Positions 38,309 through 53,197 are shown, counted from the first letter of the stretch. The stretch: DNA of 64,000 nt from Octopus vulgaris (GCA_951406725.2 OX597819.1:118110001-118174000), one strand, 5' to 3'. The notes: generated by a model not told the origin, from the letters alone. A program made the numbers and translations.

Positions 38309-41300
38309 GGTTACGATTGGCGATTCGTCGCTATTTTATATTTTCTAATTTCATACAGGCTCATTGTCCGTTTCCAATTTTGTCAACTACACAATATAGT
38401 AGGGTCGGTTGGACACCTTTTGTGAGAAATTTGAAAACAACATGCTGTACCGATTGGAATTCGCTACGTATTTATATGTTGTGTGCGCATACGTGTGTGT
38501 GTCTGTATGAGTGTATATGTGTGTCTAGTGTTAATGTGGCGAATTATTCCAGACACTATGAAAAGATATATGCTGTTGTGAAACGATTTTAAGTCGGAAG
38601 ACAGTCAGAATTATTAGATTGCCGGACGAAATTCTTTGCGGAATGTTGTCCGTCTTTACGTTCTAATTTCAAATGCTGCTCAAGCTTTGACTTTTATTTT
38701 CTAGTGGATGAAGTAAGAATCATTTCATGACACGGATAGATGCAGACGACTAACCACATCCACCTAAATTTAAAGTCTTATGACAATAAAGATGTGATTA
38801 TTTGATATTATTGATCTGCTTCCCTTTTACATCAATCACAGCTTAATGTGTAAAGGAACTGACCCGTACATGCTGTGAATATTTTTTAATGGACTATTGG
38901 GTTACTCATCAAAAACATCCTGCTTCAGCTCTTTCCTCAACGATGAGGGAGAGGAGCGATTGATCACATTATGTTCCAAAATACATTATAAGTCTTTGAT
39001 TATAGTGATATTCGGTGATTGCTGGGTTTCATTCAAATGGTTTACTTCACATTTGCCTTCTTTGAACGAGTCTTGAATAACTTTTCCAATGTAAATCGAC
39101 ACATCAACGTCAGAGACGATAGCACTAACGAAATGAAAATATTTACGTACCTTATAATGTACATGATCAGGGATATATTTATATGTCCCTTTATAAAGTC
39201 TCAAATGTATCTATGACAGCATCTTGAAGTAACAAGATAGAGTTTACATAAATGAAGCCATTCCGATGGATTTACATAAGATTTCCCCTTGAACGTTGTA
39301 GTGTTTACATGGATGTCTTTGGAAAGGGCCCCGCAAAATCCTATTTTAAGGATTTATATTTTCCCATGAAAACTGTGATCTGAATATAAACTACCCATTG
39401 TAGGCTTAAGGCAATCTAAGTCCTGATATAATATAATCTATATTGTTGTGACATTGGCTTAATATAGCTTTGTACTGTAGGCATCTTTACCTGAAAAAAA
39501 TCATGATGGGCTGAAAATATCTATCAAACAAAGAGAAAACTATTTCACAGAAGTAAATGCTTGCTCATCACTTGTCGTGCCCGGTTATTGAGCTGTCGCT
39601 GTTAATAAACAACGCAATGAATCTAGTTCAAAGATATATATATTTATCTCGGAAAGAATTTTGTTTCTCAAACGCTGTAGAATAATTAAACATAGATTTG
39701 CAGAAAAGTCAAACGCCGTGAGACATTTAGACTCCTAATGTATATAACAATGGTAAATACAGATTGTGTGACATGATAATAAAATATGGCAAAGGCAGCA
39801 ATAAGCATAATATACAGCACAACAGAAAAGTCACATCTTCAATACAATACTATATAATTCGAGATAAAACAACGAATAAATTACAGAGTGATTGTTAATT
39901 GCATGGATAAATGTTAAATATAGGAAGAAACAATGTATAAATACAGAAACATTGAACATCATAAAAACATATAGATTATTATCAGAGAGGTTTTCATTCA
40001 TGAAATTATTTGTTTTAATCTATGCCTTTTGGATTGTGAAACAATGTTTTTTATTGAGTTCAACAAAATTCGAGTTTAACCTCCAGCAAATAAAATGCAA
40101 TATTAAATGGCAATAAATACGTATCTTTTAGTCGCAAATTTCCACTTGTACAAAATGTAAGTAGGATAAGAGGAAACAAAAAAACAAAAGAATAAACACA
40201 ATGACCGATAAACCCTCAGACTATAGCACACAAATAATCGACATATATTTTTAATAAAGCTACATTTATTTATATTGTATTGTAGCCTCTAGAATTTTGG
40301 CAAACATGCAAAGTGAAAATAATGACTATTGGTCAAAGAGAAAAGTAGTCCTACTACTGAGCAATTAGATTTTGGACGACATCCAAAGCTTCACAGATAT
40401 ATGCAATATTAGTAGCAATCGTTACTTGAATGAAGTGTAGGTGAAAGCGTTAGAATTGTACGAGGGCAGATTATTTGTTTAACATTCTCTGAGAAAGGTG
40501 AAAGTAACATGTGTAAATATATATGTAGACATGCCCGCAAGTAAACCTACTCACTAACAATGACATACACAAGTACTGATCTTTTAGGAGTAGTGGTTCT
40601 CGAAGCACACTTAAATAATATATTTGAAAAAGGGGTTGAAAAGTCGAAGTATAGTAAATGGTGATTTTCAATCAAACACGTATATGCCATTCATTATAGA
40701 TTTATGTATATTCCAAGAGTCACTACTCCAAGCAATAATAATTTCACATTCTCACTTATGACACCGATTATATATATAATATATGTGTGTTTGTGTGTGC
40801 GTATGTATTACTAAATGTGACTAGGGCGTTAGGAAACACCTACCTTGCAAGAAATAAAAGCTAGACGGTTCTAATGCTATAGTTAACACACATGAATGAA
40901 AACATGCACACTACGGGGACCATAATCACCGAAAAGTGCCGAAAGAGAAAACGTAATACTGACGTGTCAATTTCGGCAGTTTCCGTTGCCTCTTTAGTTA
41001 AGTGAGCTCGACTTCGGCTCTTTCTAGACTGGCTTCGGCATTAGTATTTATGTTTTCTTCTTCCAATATTTTTTGATGATTTAGCGATTCAATAATTTGC
41101 GTATATAAAATTGTTATAAACAGCAGTTTGCGATGTTTCACCAAAAAGGGCCATTATAAATGTCACTAAATGGGACTAAGGTGTTAAGAATTACATACAT
41201 TGCTAGACATAAGAGCTAAACCGCTCTAATTTGCGTTAACTACAGCATTAGATTGGTTTGTCTCTAGTTTTTAACAACCAGTCACATTTAGTGATATTTA

Positions 41301-41335
41301 TAATTGTTAAGTGATGTTTATATTAATTTTGTGGT

Positions 41336-41408
<73 letters not shown>

Positions 41409-41844
41409 ATTTGGGGGTGGTCATGCTGCTAATTTAGCCACACACACACACACACACACACGCGCACTCTTTATTCAGTACACTTTAACTTCAGCTTTAT
41501 TTCATATTAATCATATTTCAGCCAGATTTCTTTCGCCACACATCTCTCACCTCAGTGGCCCTCTGCTTTCTTCTTTCTCTTTTATGTCTCTTCTTCCTAA
41601 CGATCTATCATTTTGTATCCCTGTTGTATGTGTATTTATTTGCGCATGTGTATATCCCTATGTGTGTCTATGTTTGTTAAGTGTGTGTGGGAATGCGTAT
41701 GGTAGCTGCATTAGCAGTATCTCCTGTTTATTCACGTTCATTATATTTCTAATTATATGTATATGTGTGTGTGTGTGTGAGTGTGAGTGTGTGTGTGTGT
41801 GAGTGTGTGTGTGTGTGTGAGTGTGAGTGTGTGTGTGTGTGTGT

Positions 41845-42032
41845 GAGCGTGCATCATCGCTTGACAATCGACTTTGCTGTATCTACGTCTCCCTAATTTA
41901 GCTCTTCAGTAAAACACGCCGATAGAATAAGTACTAGGCTTACAAGGAATAAACCGTGGGGTCGATTTCCTCCACTAAAGGCGGTGCACTAGCATGTCCG
42001 CAGTCACATCACCAAAACAGTTAAAACAATAA
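41845..42032 (+). mobile_element. SINE family A, 3' half
   Basis: catcgcttgacaatcg...ccgatagaataagtactaggcttaca...ctaaaggcggtgcactagcatg. Confidence 0.85.
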
Positions 42033-42085
42033 AAACCATGCCTGCTTAATCATGAGCAACACCGTGTATCTTTCTTAGTGTATGT

Positions 42086-42125
<40 letters not shown>

Positions 42126-42445
42126 TCTTTATCTTATATTAAACTTTTAATCATTTTGATTGTTATATAATCTAAATTAAAAAAAAAATTAAATATAAAA
42201 ATATATAAAAAAAAATGAAATAGATAAATAAATAAAATAAAATAATAATAATAAAAATATATATATATATATAATTAAAATTTATAAGTTTAAATTATTT
42301 AAATAATTTTTTAATTTTTTATTTAATTTAAATATTTTAATTTGGAATTTTATATTTTATATTTTATATTTTTTCAATTAATTTTATTTCTACGTATTGG
42401 CTTATGATTTTCACTGTTTGATTTGTCTAATAGTGGTTTTATCTC

Positions 42446-42483
<38 letters not shown>

Positions 42484-45400
42484 TAGATAGATAGATAGAT
42501 ACATACATACATACATACATACATACATACATACATACATACATACATACATACATACATACATACTTGCATAAATACATTCTTACATATTTACCTACTT
42601 ACGTATGTTACGTACTCATAGACATGTGTGCCAGTGTGTCAGTGTGTTTTTTGCGAGTAGCTATGAATTCATATTTGCCAAGCCAATCTGTTGCTACTTT
42701 GCTATTTCGCCTCTGAACTCATAGGCTCTTACTACATTTATGGCATTGAAGAGTCCGAAGTGAAGAAATATGAGTATTATAATCGCTACTATTATTTAGT
42801 AAGTTTTGTTCCCACTACCGACACCAAACAAATACATATGCGTGCATGTGTGTCTGTATGAGTTTGAGTATGCATGCATGTTTCTGTGTGAGTATGTGTG
42901 TGCGTGTGTCTTTGTACATATACACTGATGCACAGCACAAAATAGATCAAGACTTAGAAAGTATCACTCTCAACTAATATGGTTGTAAGCATTGATTCTA
43001 TGCAAGTAATGCACAGATAAAAAGAAGAACGTTTTTATCGATTCACTCGATGGAAACTGGTTTCTGTTTTGCTCCTCTGAGAAACAGTACCAGGCTTTAC
43101 TCGCCAATGAATAACATACGACAGCTGCTATATAACACAGGCTTGTTTATGAAAGCCTAGCCCAATTTCCATATTTTTCCTATTGACGGAGCGTTATTAA
43201 AATAAATATTTTATGGAAGCCACAGCGTAAATCAAAAGAAATAGAACAAAATTCAAATATGAAAAAAATGAAACAAGCAAAAACTAGATTTATTAAGAAT
43301 GAGGAAACATAATATTGTGTGCGAATGCTGGAATTAAAAAATAACCAAAAGTTTGACCTGCTGTAGTTTCTCATTGTATGGTAGCAGCTTTTCAGTAAAG
43401 ACTTATTTCCCAATGCAATCAATGATGTAAGTCACCTGCTGTACTAAGCAGTTATAAATTAAGCTTCAACATATTTTTGTACGTAAAGAATAACCTACAA
43501 AATCACAAATATGCAAATTAATTCATGAAGAAACGCGATTGTCTAATTTATGTTTCATTTATATAGTAGTTGAAGCAACTTGTGCCGCTGATACTCCAGA
43601 AACAATGAGGACACAAAAGCGAATATAAGTTACACTCGTAAGCATTTTAACATGGAGTCTGAAGGAATAGAATACAAATCAGTGGATCTCTTATTTTGTC
43701 ATAGGTATTGCTCTTCTGTAAAATGTCGCTATGCATCTTGCTCGGCGTGCTAAAGATTCTGCCATCTCGCTGTCTCAGGTAATGCTAATATTTTTCTGGA
43801 ATTAGTGCTCCATCAGAATCGTATAATTGGAGATCCATTAGGCATGTCCAGCTAGTTTTGCTGTAAATTTTTTAGACCTGTAAATGATTCTTTCACCCTC
43901 TCAATGGTGTTCATCACCTTGATATGCCTAGCGTCCAGTAATCTAACGTTCATTGTTCGATTATTCCGGAAGAGGTCTTCCGCATCCTCCTTCATACGGT
44001 GTGTCCCTCAAAATTGCAACTTTCTACAGTGATGGTTCCAGTGTCAATAGCTACTGAAATAAAAGCATAATACACCAGCTCAATTTAGTGAAAGGTTGCT
44101 ATAGGTAACCATCTACCCTGACGATTCAGCAGATGCCGTAGTACATTTCAGTAATCCATGCATAAGAGATATTAAAATGGAAAGGTGTTAAGTTAAATAT
44201 TCTTTGTTTCAGTCTTAGCCCAGATTATCATATTTCGTGCACCTTTGCCGTGGAGGAAAGCTTCCTAAACTTAATTGAAATTCAACAGACAATCTATACA
44301 CATGAGCAACTATTTTATCAGAAAATGTGATCATGACATTCATATCTACAACCACAACATCGAATCAGAGTGTTGAACCATATATCTGTTATTAAAGGTC
44401 AAGCTGGGTGAAGACAAAAGTAAAAAAGAAAGACTAAGTCTACCTCGTAGTTGTTATGTTTTATCATTTGGGAGTACCAGAAATCTGAACGCGATCTACC
44501 CTGTCTAAGTTTATTCCCGGACAAGGATACCTGATAACAAATTTGAAAATGCACTGTCTGATGTAAGCACAGCAGGTAATCAAACAAAATACATAGGTAT
44601 TCTATGAATTTTCTTCCTCGGTCTTCTATTTACAGTTCTAATATCACAGTTCTAAGTTTATCAAGAAATGGTTATCTCCCTTACAATGTTTAGTCACCAG
44701 GTCACAGCCCTTGAAATACATGCTCATGTAATGATATCTACTAAATCCCTATGCGATTAGAAACAACTACTAATACAATCCTGAGTGGAAATAACTAAAG
44801 AGATATCTATTTGTCCCATTGACTGTACATATAAGTGCATGCTCGAATGTGCACATGAGACTATGTGTAGGTATAAATGATCATAAATTATACATATCTG
44901 TCGGAAGATTTCCGAATATCGGGTTAGTTAGACTATGCAAATTTCATTGAAAATATTTGTGTTATTTATTGAATACAAGAACCGCCATCAATACAGTGTT
45001 TAAAATATAGCTATTAAGACAGAAGTAAATTTAATAATGCATTAGTTCTACTGTCTTCTCTGACTGGGAGAAAACAATTTCGAGGAGTTGTATGGCATTA
45101 ATCTGTTTATAATAATATGTGAGCTTGATATAATAAACAACAACCTGAAAAATTCATTTAAAATCCCACGAACCAAAAGTAACACAGATTAGGAGTACAG
45201 GCCTCTCCCAAAGAAGTAATTGATATCAGAGATTACGTAGGAAACACGATTCATGTCTAAGTCAATAGAAGTTTTTTCCTACAAATAAGTGAAATAACAA
45301 AAACAAAAAAAATCAATTACACCAACTGAATTTTCCAAGTCTGCCACACAATTTCCAATATTAACAAAGAGAAGAAAAAATACTGATAACTAGCTGTAAA

Positions 45401-45614
45401 ATACTTGTAACACAGGTGCACCTGTCAGTGCAATGAGAAATTGAAATGAAATTACTGAACGACATAACAGAAATAGTGATTTCTTAAGTAGAGAGACACC
45501 CACACAGTGTATAGACACGATGACGTATATATACACGCATGCATAAATAATTCAAATAGGTCACCATTTTTACAAAAGAATAAGTGATAAGCAAACATAA
45601 CCAAATAGACAAAA

Positions 45615-45975
45615 TATAGTGCCAAGGACTCCAGATTTGCCATCAAGATGTAGGACAAGATACTGCGATAGCCTGGGCTTCCGAGGTCCACAGCTCTTCA
45701 ATATCCTCCCGAAGGACCTGAGAAGCCTGCATGGGGTGGATGCAGATGTTTTCAAAATAAAGCTGGACCTCTTCCTGTCAGGTGTCCCAAATGTACCAAC
45801 TTCACGGCAGGAGGTGCAGATGAGGGCAGCCGCATCAAACTCTCTCATACACCAAATGTCAATTCCTAAAAAGCATTCGTGAAGTAAAAGCATGTAGCAA
45901 CACCGAATGGCGGTGCCCCAGCATAGCCACGGCTCGTGAGCTGAAACTAGATGAAATGGAAAATGAAATGAAATA
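45615..45975 (+). mobile_element. CR1-like LINE 3' end: ORF2 C-terminus (to 45882), 3' UTR and (GAAAT)n tail
   Basis: SLGFRGPQLFNILPKDLR...FKIKLDLFLSGVP is typical of CR1-group RT C-termini. Confidence 0.88.
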
Positions 45976-46612
45976 TATTTAAAATCAGGGTACAATATGT
46001 ACCTGTTTGCTAGAAAGGAACGTTAAAACTCTCCAAAGCCACGCATCTTTCACTGTATATAAATACGTGTAGGAAAAAATACAGGAAAAAATGTGCGTCC
46101 AAACGTAGCGAAATCTATATATTAAATAATTTAAATTTAGAAAAGGATTTATTTTTTGGATGCTAAGTTAGGATGCATATTTTGCTTCCTGTATTTTTAT
46201 TTCGTACACTTACATCTCATTGTGACCGCCTTTGTTTTCAATTTTATGACCCTTTTATTTGATAATCTTGATGTGTTAAGTAACTACTACCCTTCCTCTT
46301 TCTGGTCATCATCTCGTCTCGGTATATCATTATCTTGCTAGCATTTTCTGAGACATTAATTTATGTTGATATGGCTGATTTTACGGTCACAGTAAAATAG
46401 AGGTCGGGAAGAGTATCTGGCATTAATTTGTTTATGACCAACAACAAGCACTGAACTGTCAATTCCCAATGGTTTTAATTCTTATGGGATGTAGACTACT
46501 TGCTGCATTGGGTCTCTTGAATATGATAAGGATAAAGATGAGTATAGGTATATCACCATTCCTTTATTTTGATCCCCATTATTCTCTCTAAACCGTAGAT
46601 TCTTCTTGTTTT

Positions 46613-46732
46613 TGAGTAACGCTGCGATGGACTGGCGTCCCGTCCAGCGGAGGGGGACACATACGCCATAGAAACCGGGAAACCAGGGCCATGAGCCTAG
46701 CTATGCTTCAAAAGGGCACATAAATAAATAAA
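46613..46732 (+). mobile_element. SINE family D, 3' part (Meta/V-domain-like)
   Basis: ctgcgatggactggcgtcccgtccag...tacgccatagaaaccggga; (TAAA)n tail. Confidence 0.7.
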
Positions 46733-47545
46733 CTTTATTATAAAACACCCGTTAATTTTCTGATTTAAATTCTGCTTAAATTTAGTGGAAATACGTTCGC
46801 TTTTCAGTGCGTTTGGTCATTAAATCCGCATTAGTTATACACACAATTTTGTAAGTTGTATAAGAAAGAGTGAATAGCAACATGAATATATATATAAGTT
46901 ACCATATTACATATTTCCCTGAACATTTATATCTATTTGTGTACACCAATTATTTGAATAAAAAAGCATACAATTAATGTAATTTATCGAAGCCTGTCCT
47001 TGCATAAAACATACTTTGTCGTTCTTGCATAAAATACGTTCGTTGCTAATATGAAAAGACATTTCATGATTATTTAACAGAGAATAAATACGAAGACTGG
47101 AAACACCTTATCATTAAAGGGCCTGAGAGAGTTATGGGGAAAATGTTGTTCTGAAAAGTACTTAACATTTGTATGAAGCTCATAAGTCGTCTTAATACTT
47201 TCGCAAAATATTCCTGTACGCAGCATAATTTGACAAGTTTTAAGAGAACAGATAATGCTATTTTAAAATGTTGGTGCAAGGCCAGGATTTTTTAAAAATG
47301 GAAGTTAAGTCAATTACAGAGCCCGATAGATAATGATTTTATCGACTCCGAAAGAAAGCAAGAAACAAAAGAAAGAAACAATCAAACAAAAAAAAAACAA
47401 AAGAAGAAAGAAAAGAAAGAAATGGTAATTTATCACAGCTGAATTTAAATAAAGAACATATCAATGCAAATAATAACAACAACAACAACAACGACAATAA
47501 TAATAACAACAACAACAATAATAATAATACTACTACTACTACTAC

Positions 47546-47601
<56 letters not shown>

Positions 47602-47644
47602 TCAACAACAACAACAACAGCAATAGTAATAATAATTAATTATA

Positions 47645-48835
47645 CATTATTTAGCTGTTCCGATTGTTATTTACAGTTTCAATGTTTTGAACTGGAATAT
47701 GATCGAAATAAGGAAGATTAACAGGAAAACCCGTAAGGTACTGACTTGCAATAAGGGAGACGCTGGTCGTCTTTAACTTTCCATAGCCCAAGGAGGTCGG
47801 GGCTGGATACAATTTGAAATCTACAAATCTATCACAATTGGACAGTCAAAATATCTTGAAACATCCAACGACTGGATGCTTAAGGTCTTTGAATACCATG
47901 AAAGACATAAGAAGCTTCCTTCTGTTATGAAGCAGAGCAAATAATTTTCAAGTGAGTTTATGTAAATTACCCAGGTTGAACAGTATGATGGAAGTGCAGC
48001 ATGAGGGAGGTGTATGTTCAAAGAAGTTTAAGTCAATAGCAAAGAAAAATGCGTTTGAACAATTGGCTGATATGTAGGAACAAAACCTCTACATGGCAAA
48101 TATGTGGCCCGTAGCAAACAAACCGGTGTAGACCAAAAGTACACCCATCAGTGGCTACGGAGTTCAGGGCTAAAGGCAGACACTGACGGCTTTATGTTGG
48201 CTGCCCAAGATCAGAGCTTATTGACTCGGAACTATCAATCCAATGTGATGCAAAATGGTGTAGACTCAAGGTGCTGACTCTACAACGATCCGATAGAAAG
48301 AGTGGATTATAGTACCTGCAGCATGAGGCTGTAACCGAAAGACAAAATGTAACTATTCTTTAGGATTTCCCAGTATGTATAGACCGCAACATCGAAACAA
48401 ATAAACCAGATATTGTGAAAGACCAAAACAATAAAGTCACTTTATTGATTGACATGAGCATACCTTGTGTCCTGTGAGTGTAGGAGCACTTAGATCGATC
48501 AAAAGATGAGCTGAAAATTATTTAAGAAAGATCCTTCGCTTACCATCCATGCAGGAATTGCAAAAGATTGTCTTCACTGGTACGTTACCCGTATTGAGGA
48601 GAGCATTGTCGCTGTGAATTTTCTTTCCTTTCCCCCTTTTTTTTTGTTTACTTTTTTTCAACTTTTTCCATTTTCTCTCTTTCTTCCCCTTTTACCATCT
48701 CATGACTCTGTAAATGAACAATCTGGCGTGTTTATTCTAATGGCCTACCATTGAATACACTACGTTTCTCTCCTCTAGGTGTCAGGAAGACACTCGGCAA
48801 GAAGCGGATTTGAAAGAATTGAAAGAAGATGCTAA
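47645..48835 (+). mobile_element. 5'-truncated, degenerate R4/Dong-like LINE (restriction-like endonuclease) flanked by (TAA)n arrays
   Basis: AVPIVIYSFNVLNW..INRKTRKVLT, RL*LSIAQGGRG, KPLHGKY, WLRSSGLKADTDGFMLAAQDQSLLTRNY, IL*DFP..NKPDIV..LLIDMSIP, LQKIVFTGT..LRRAL*. Confidence 0.85.
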
Positions 48836-48840
48836 TGATG

Positions 48841-48918
<78 letters not shown>

Positions 48919-48982
48919 TTGATTATTATTATTAGTATTATTATTATGATGATGATGATGAGGAGGAGGATAATAATTATGA

Positions 48983-49024
<42 letters not shown>

Positions 49025-49047
49025 TACTACTACTACTAATGATAATG

Positions 49048-49111
<64 letters not shown>

Positions 49112-50072
49112 GTGCTGTTACTGATGATGACCAGGGGCGTAAGAATACCATAAAATAATTATTTATAATAGCCGACGGTTTCAACAAATAATATTAACGT
49201 TGGTGCATTCATTCTACACATTTTAGTCATGAAAGTAGGCGATTAAAATAATAATAATTCAATGGTTACTTTTTTTATAGATGACGAATTGATGAACAAC
49301 GAATTGTTTTCTGAAGCTAAACGGCTTGTCTGATTTTTTGGTTAGAATCTAAGGATAAATAGTTTAATGTCGCCTAAATGTTGCTTGAATCATCAAATCT
49401 CTACAGAGTGGAATATGTAATGGAACAAGACTTCTTATTTTGGCGCTTTTTTGTGACAAGGAAATCAGTTATGCATTTTGTGTTTTTTAGCAACTATCTG
49501 CAAAGAAACAGTCAAAGGTCCACCGAGATAGACAGTGTATTAGTGTTAAGACGCTCAACGTTTCAGAAGAGGACGGCGGTGGTGTACTGCAGAATCAGGT
49601 AGCAGCTTGGATCAACAAGATCATTTCTGTAGAATTCTATAATGCTGAGAAGCACAAACACTCGTCTCCATGTCTTATCATTGTTGTATGAATAACTGTT
49701 CTGTTGTTCGCAGTAGCGACATTTCATGTTGTTGTTAACGATAAAGAAATAATTACGTTTTCTACTTAAAGTCTCAAGAAAATTCCTTTCCGTTGCCAAC
49801 TCAATGATAAATCAACGCACCGTTTATACACGTACATAGGAATATCATATTGCTGCAATCTAATTTCGACATATACGAATACTTTCAAGGGTTTTGCACA
49901 AAATGTGTGGAGGTTCTGCTACCAAGAATAGTGAACGAAACACCGGCTTAAGGCATTGTTAACTAGATACTCCATCCAGACACCAAGTTATATGAAACTA
50001 ATGACTAAACTAAGAAACAAGATGATTTAAAAACCAGAGCTGAACAAACGTTAGCACAAAGTGAATGGATTT

Positions 50073-50118
<46 letters not shown>

Positions 50119-50461
50119 ATCAACGTAATAATTCTATATTCGAGTAAACACCTCATAGTATGTTGTTAAAATCCGTTCACAGTATTCAGTTACTTGATAT
50201 TAACAGCCGTACTGAGGTATGGACCACCGGATGTATTACAAGAATGCTTTTCTGTCCATTGAGTTTACAAAAAATAGGAGGGAAAGGAAAAAGAATTCAC
50301 GACACACTTCATTCAGAACCATTATGATCGTATCGACCCATCATGCGACGGGACCTTGAAGGACACACATGTGTGTGTGTGTGCGTGCAGGAGAGTATAT
50401 AAGGATATGTGCATACGCCAATATTTATATATATAAATATACATACATATCTCTATCTATA

Positions 50462-50527
<66 letters not shown>

Positions 50528-51935
50528 GCTAGCTAGCTAGCTAGCTATTTCTCTCTTTCTCGCTAAGTTTGTTCTTAATATTAATAATGATGCGCACTCT
50601 TAATCTTTCTGTGCTCCTCCCTTTCTCAGCCTTCCTTCTTTCTTGTTTCGTTTCTTCTGCCTTACTGTTTCTCCCTCCCTCTCTCTCATTCTTCATTCTT
50701 TCTGTGTTTTTCTATAACCATTCCTCTTTTCTCTCCCTTTCCCTTTCTCTTACTCCTCCTCCCCTGTCCCGTCGCTGGTCAGTGATGAGGAAACGACTGT
50801 CTTTCTGACCTTGCTTCCTTCGAGTGTAGACGGCTTTTCTGTGTCTCCTTCGCCGTTCTAAAAAAAGCGTTCGTAATACTTTCTCTCGTTTGGCTTAACA
50901 ACCCTCCTTGTCTGTGTTACTGTTATTCTCCTTGTCCTGTCTTTTACAGTTTATATTTTGTACTGTCTTTACTGTCCTGTTTTTGTTACTATTTTTACCC
51001 CTCCGCAGAAAAATCTCAAATTTTATTTAATTTGCTTTTGGCGAGAAGGAATGTTTCACCGAAGTCGTGTCTCGCCTTCACCTTCGAAACGCGGAGTAGA
51101 TGAAATAAGGGCGACTGAAGAAGGGGAATTTTCCTTGTTTTATATGGCCTGTACTCTATTTTTTCGTTGTTTAAGAAAAATGTCCTGTTCCTTGGTTTTG
51201 TGTTTATGTTTTCGTTTCTCATTGTGTTCGACGTTTTTTTGAGTCCTGTACACATATATGCATGTATATATATACATGTAAATGTAGGTACGAACATATA
51301 TGTATGTATAAATGCATATGTTTTATTTATTAATTTGTTATTACACGACAGAACGCACGCCTCCATTTCTACTTAAGTTTGATCTTTATATATATATATA
51401 TATATATATACCTATGTGTGTATGTGTGTTAGTACACGCACATACACCACATATTTACATATATTCTACATTATTCTACATTATTCTACATTATTTATTT
51501 GACTGAAATGTAAAGGTCAATATAACGACCGATTGCTCTTTGTTCTATTCTGGTCACATGCATATTTTAAGTTCATGTTTAACAGTGTCTTATTATCGTT
51601 CCTATACTCTTTCTTTCATGCATTTATTTCATATTTTAGTCGTTATTCTTTATTCATTTTTGACTCCTGATTAATTCTATTTTCTATCTAATTACGAATA
51701 TGAAACTTCGTTATTTATGGAGACGCATAGAACGGAGCAATTACCAAAAGATAAGGGAAAAAGTAGTTTTTAAAAAGTCATCTGAGAAGATGCCTATGAA
51801 CTACGATGCATCATAACTGTTTGTACATCTCTCCTACAAGGTCCCCGTGTATAATGTGTCGAACTGATCGTAATGGTTCTTAATATCGAATCTCTTGAAT
51901 ACCATTTAAAAAGAAATATTTTATATATGTATATA

Positions 51936-52003
51936 TTTTCACTCTGTTTACTTCTGCGTTTCTTTCTCTTGAAGAGCGTAGGCTCGAAACGTAAAATTCC
52001 AGT

Positions 52004-52006
<3 letters not shown>
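51936..52006 (+). mobile_element. Family P1 fragment with hammerhead-like motif at 51962-51996
   Basis: CTTT-CTCTTGA-A-GAGC-GTAG-GCTC-GAAAC-GTA-AAA, followed by (TA)n. Confidence 0.6.
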
Positions 52007-52086
<80 letters not shown>

Positions 52087-52098
52087 GCATATATACCA

Positions 52099-52246
52099 AG
52101 GAGTGGCCGTGTGGTAAGTACATTGCTTACAACCACATGGTTCCGGTTTCAGTCCCACTGATTTGCACCTTGGGTGAGTGTCTTCTACTATAGTCTCGGG
52201 CCGACCAATACCTTGTGGGTGGTAGACGGATAGTGAAAGAAGCCCG

Positions 52247-52312
<66 letters not shown>

Positions 52313-52470
52313 GTGTCTGTTTGTCCCCCCAACATCGATTGACAACCGTGACTTAGCGGTTCGGTAAAACACTGAATAAGTCCTGGGGTCGATTTGTTCG
52401 ACTAAAGGTGGTTCTGCAGCATTGCTACAGTCAAATGACTGTAAAAAGTAAAACAGAGTAAAAAGAGAGT
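52099..52470 (+). mobile_element. SINE family A with internal deletions
   Basis: Head, internal TA/TG tract and tail all present. Confidence 0.9.
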
Positions 52471-52621
52471 ATACTTATGTAATGCATATATCTGCTAGAC
52501 ACATGCACATACACATACACACATACACACAGAGAAGAACATGCAGTCAGAAAGACACATATACACATATCTTTGGATGTAAATATTTTGCGAGTATACC
52601 TATATATGTATGTGTGTTTGT

Positions 52622-52673
<52 letters not shown>

Positions 52674-52914
52674 GAGTAATAGTTTATTTTGCCCACTTTG
52701 CATCGTGATTTAATGCGTCCAATATCGATTTTATATTAAAAGTTCGTAGACTCTCTAAAATAAGCGACTGGCAAGTCCTGGTGTCAGTATATTTAAACCT
52801 ACCTACTCATATATTGGTGTCTCTATGTATAAGTTAGATATCATAATTTAATTTCATTTATAAAATAAAAAAGAATAGTTTTTAAAAAAATATCATTTCG
52901 GAATCACATTCTTA

Positions 52915-53142
52915 ATCATCATCATCACCATCATCGTCATCATCATCACCATCATCACTATCATCACCATCATCATCATCACCATCATCACCATCATCAT
53001 CATCACCGTCATCATCATCACCGCCATCACCATCATCATCATCAACTTTATCATCATCATCGTCATAATCATCATCATCATCATCATCCTCCTCATCATC
53101 ACCACCACCACCATTATCATCATTATCATCATCACCACCACC

Positions 53143-53197
<55 letters not shown>

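Noticed and set aside
38986-39204. Non-repetitive 72-aa minus-strand ORF with an AAG|GTACGT donor-like site
   Set aside because: No recognisable family and no convincing acceptor; could be chance or a very old transposon
43860-44010. Minus-strand TMNVRLL..IERVK..GL resembling a LINE endonuclease N-terminus
   Set aside because: Similarity too weak to call without a profile search
49491-49598. Possible 108-nt exon (ttttttag|...cag|gtagca) with a faint Ig-like NVSEEDGG string
   Set aside because: Weak donor, the Y-x-C motif is in another frame, and no partner exons are visible; needs RNA-seq
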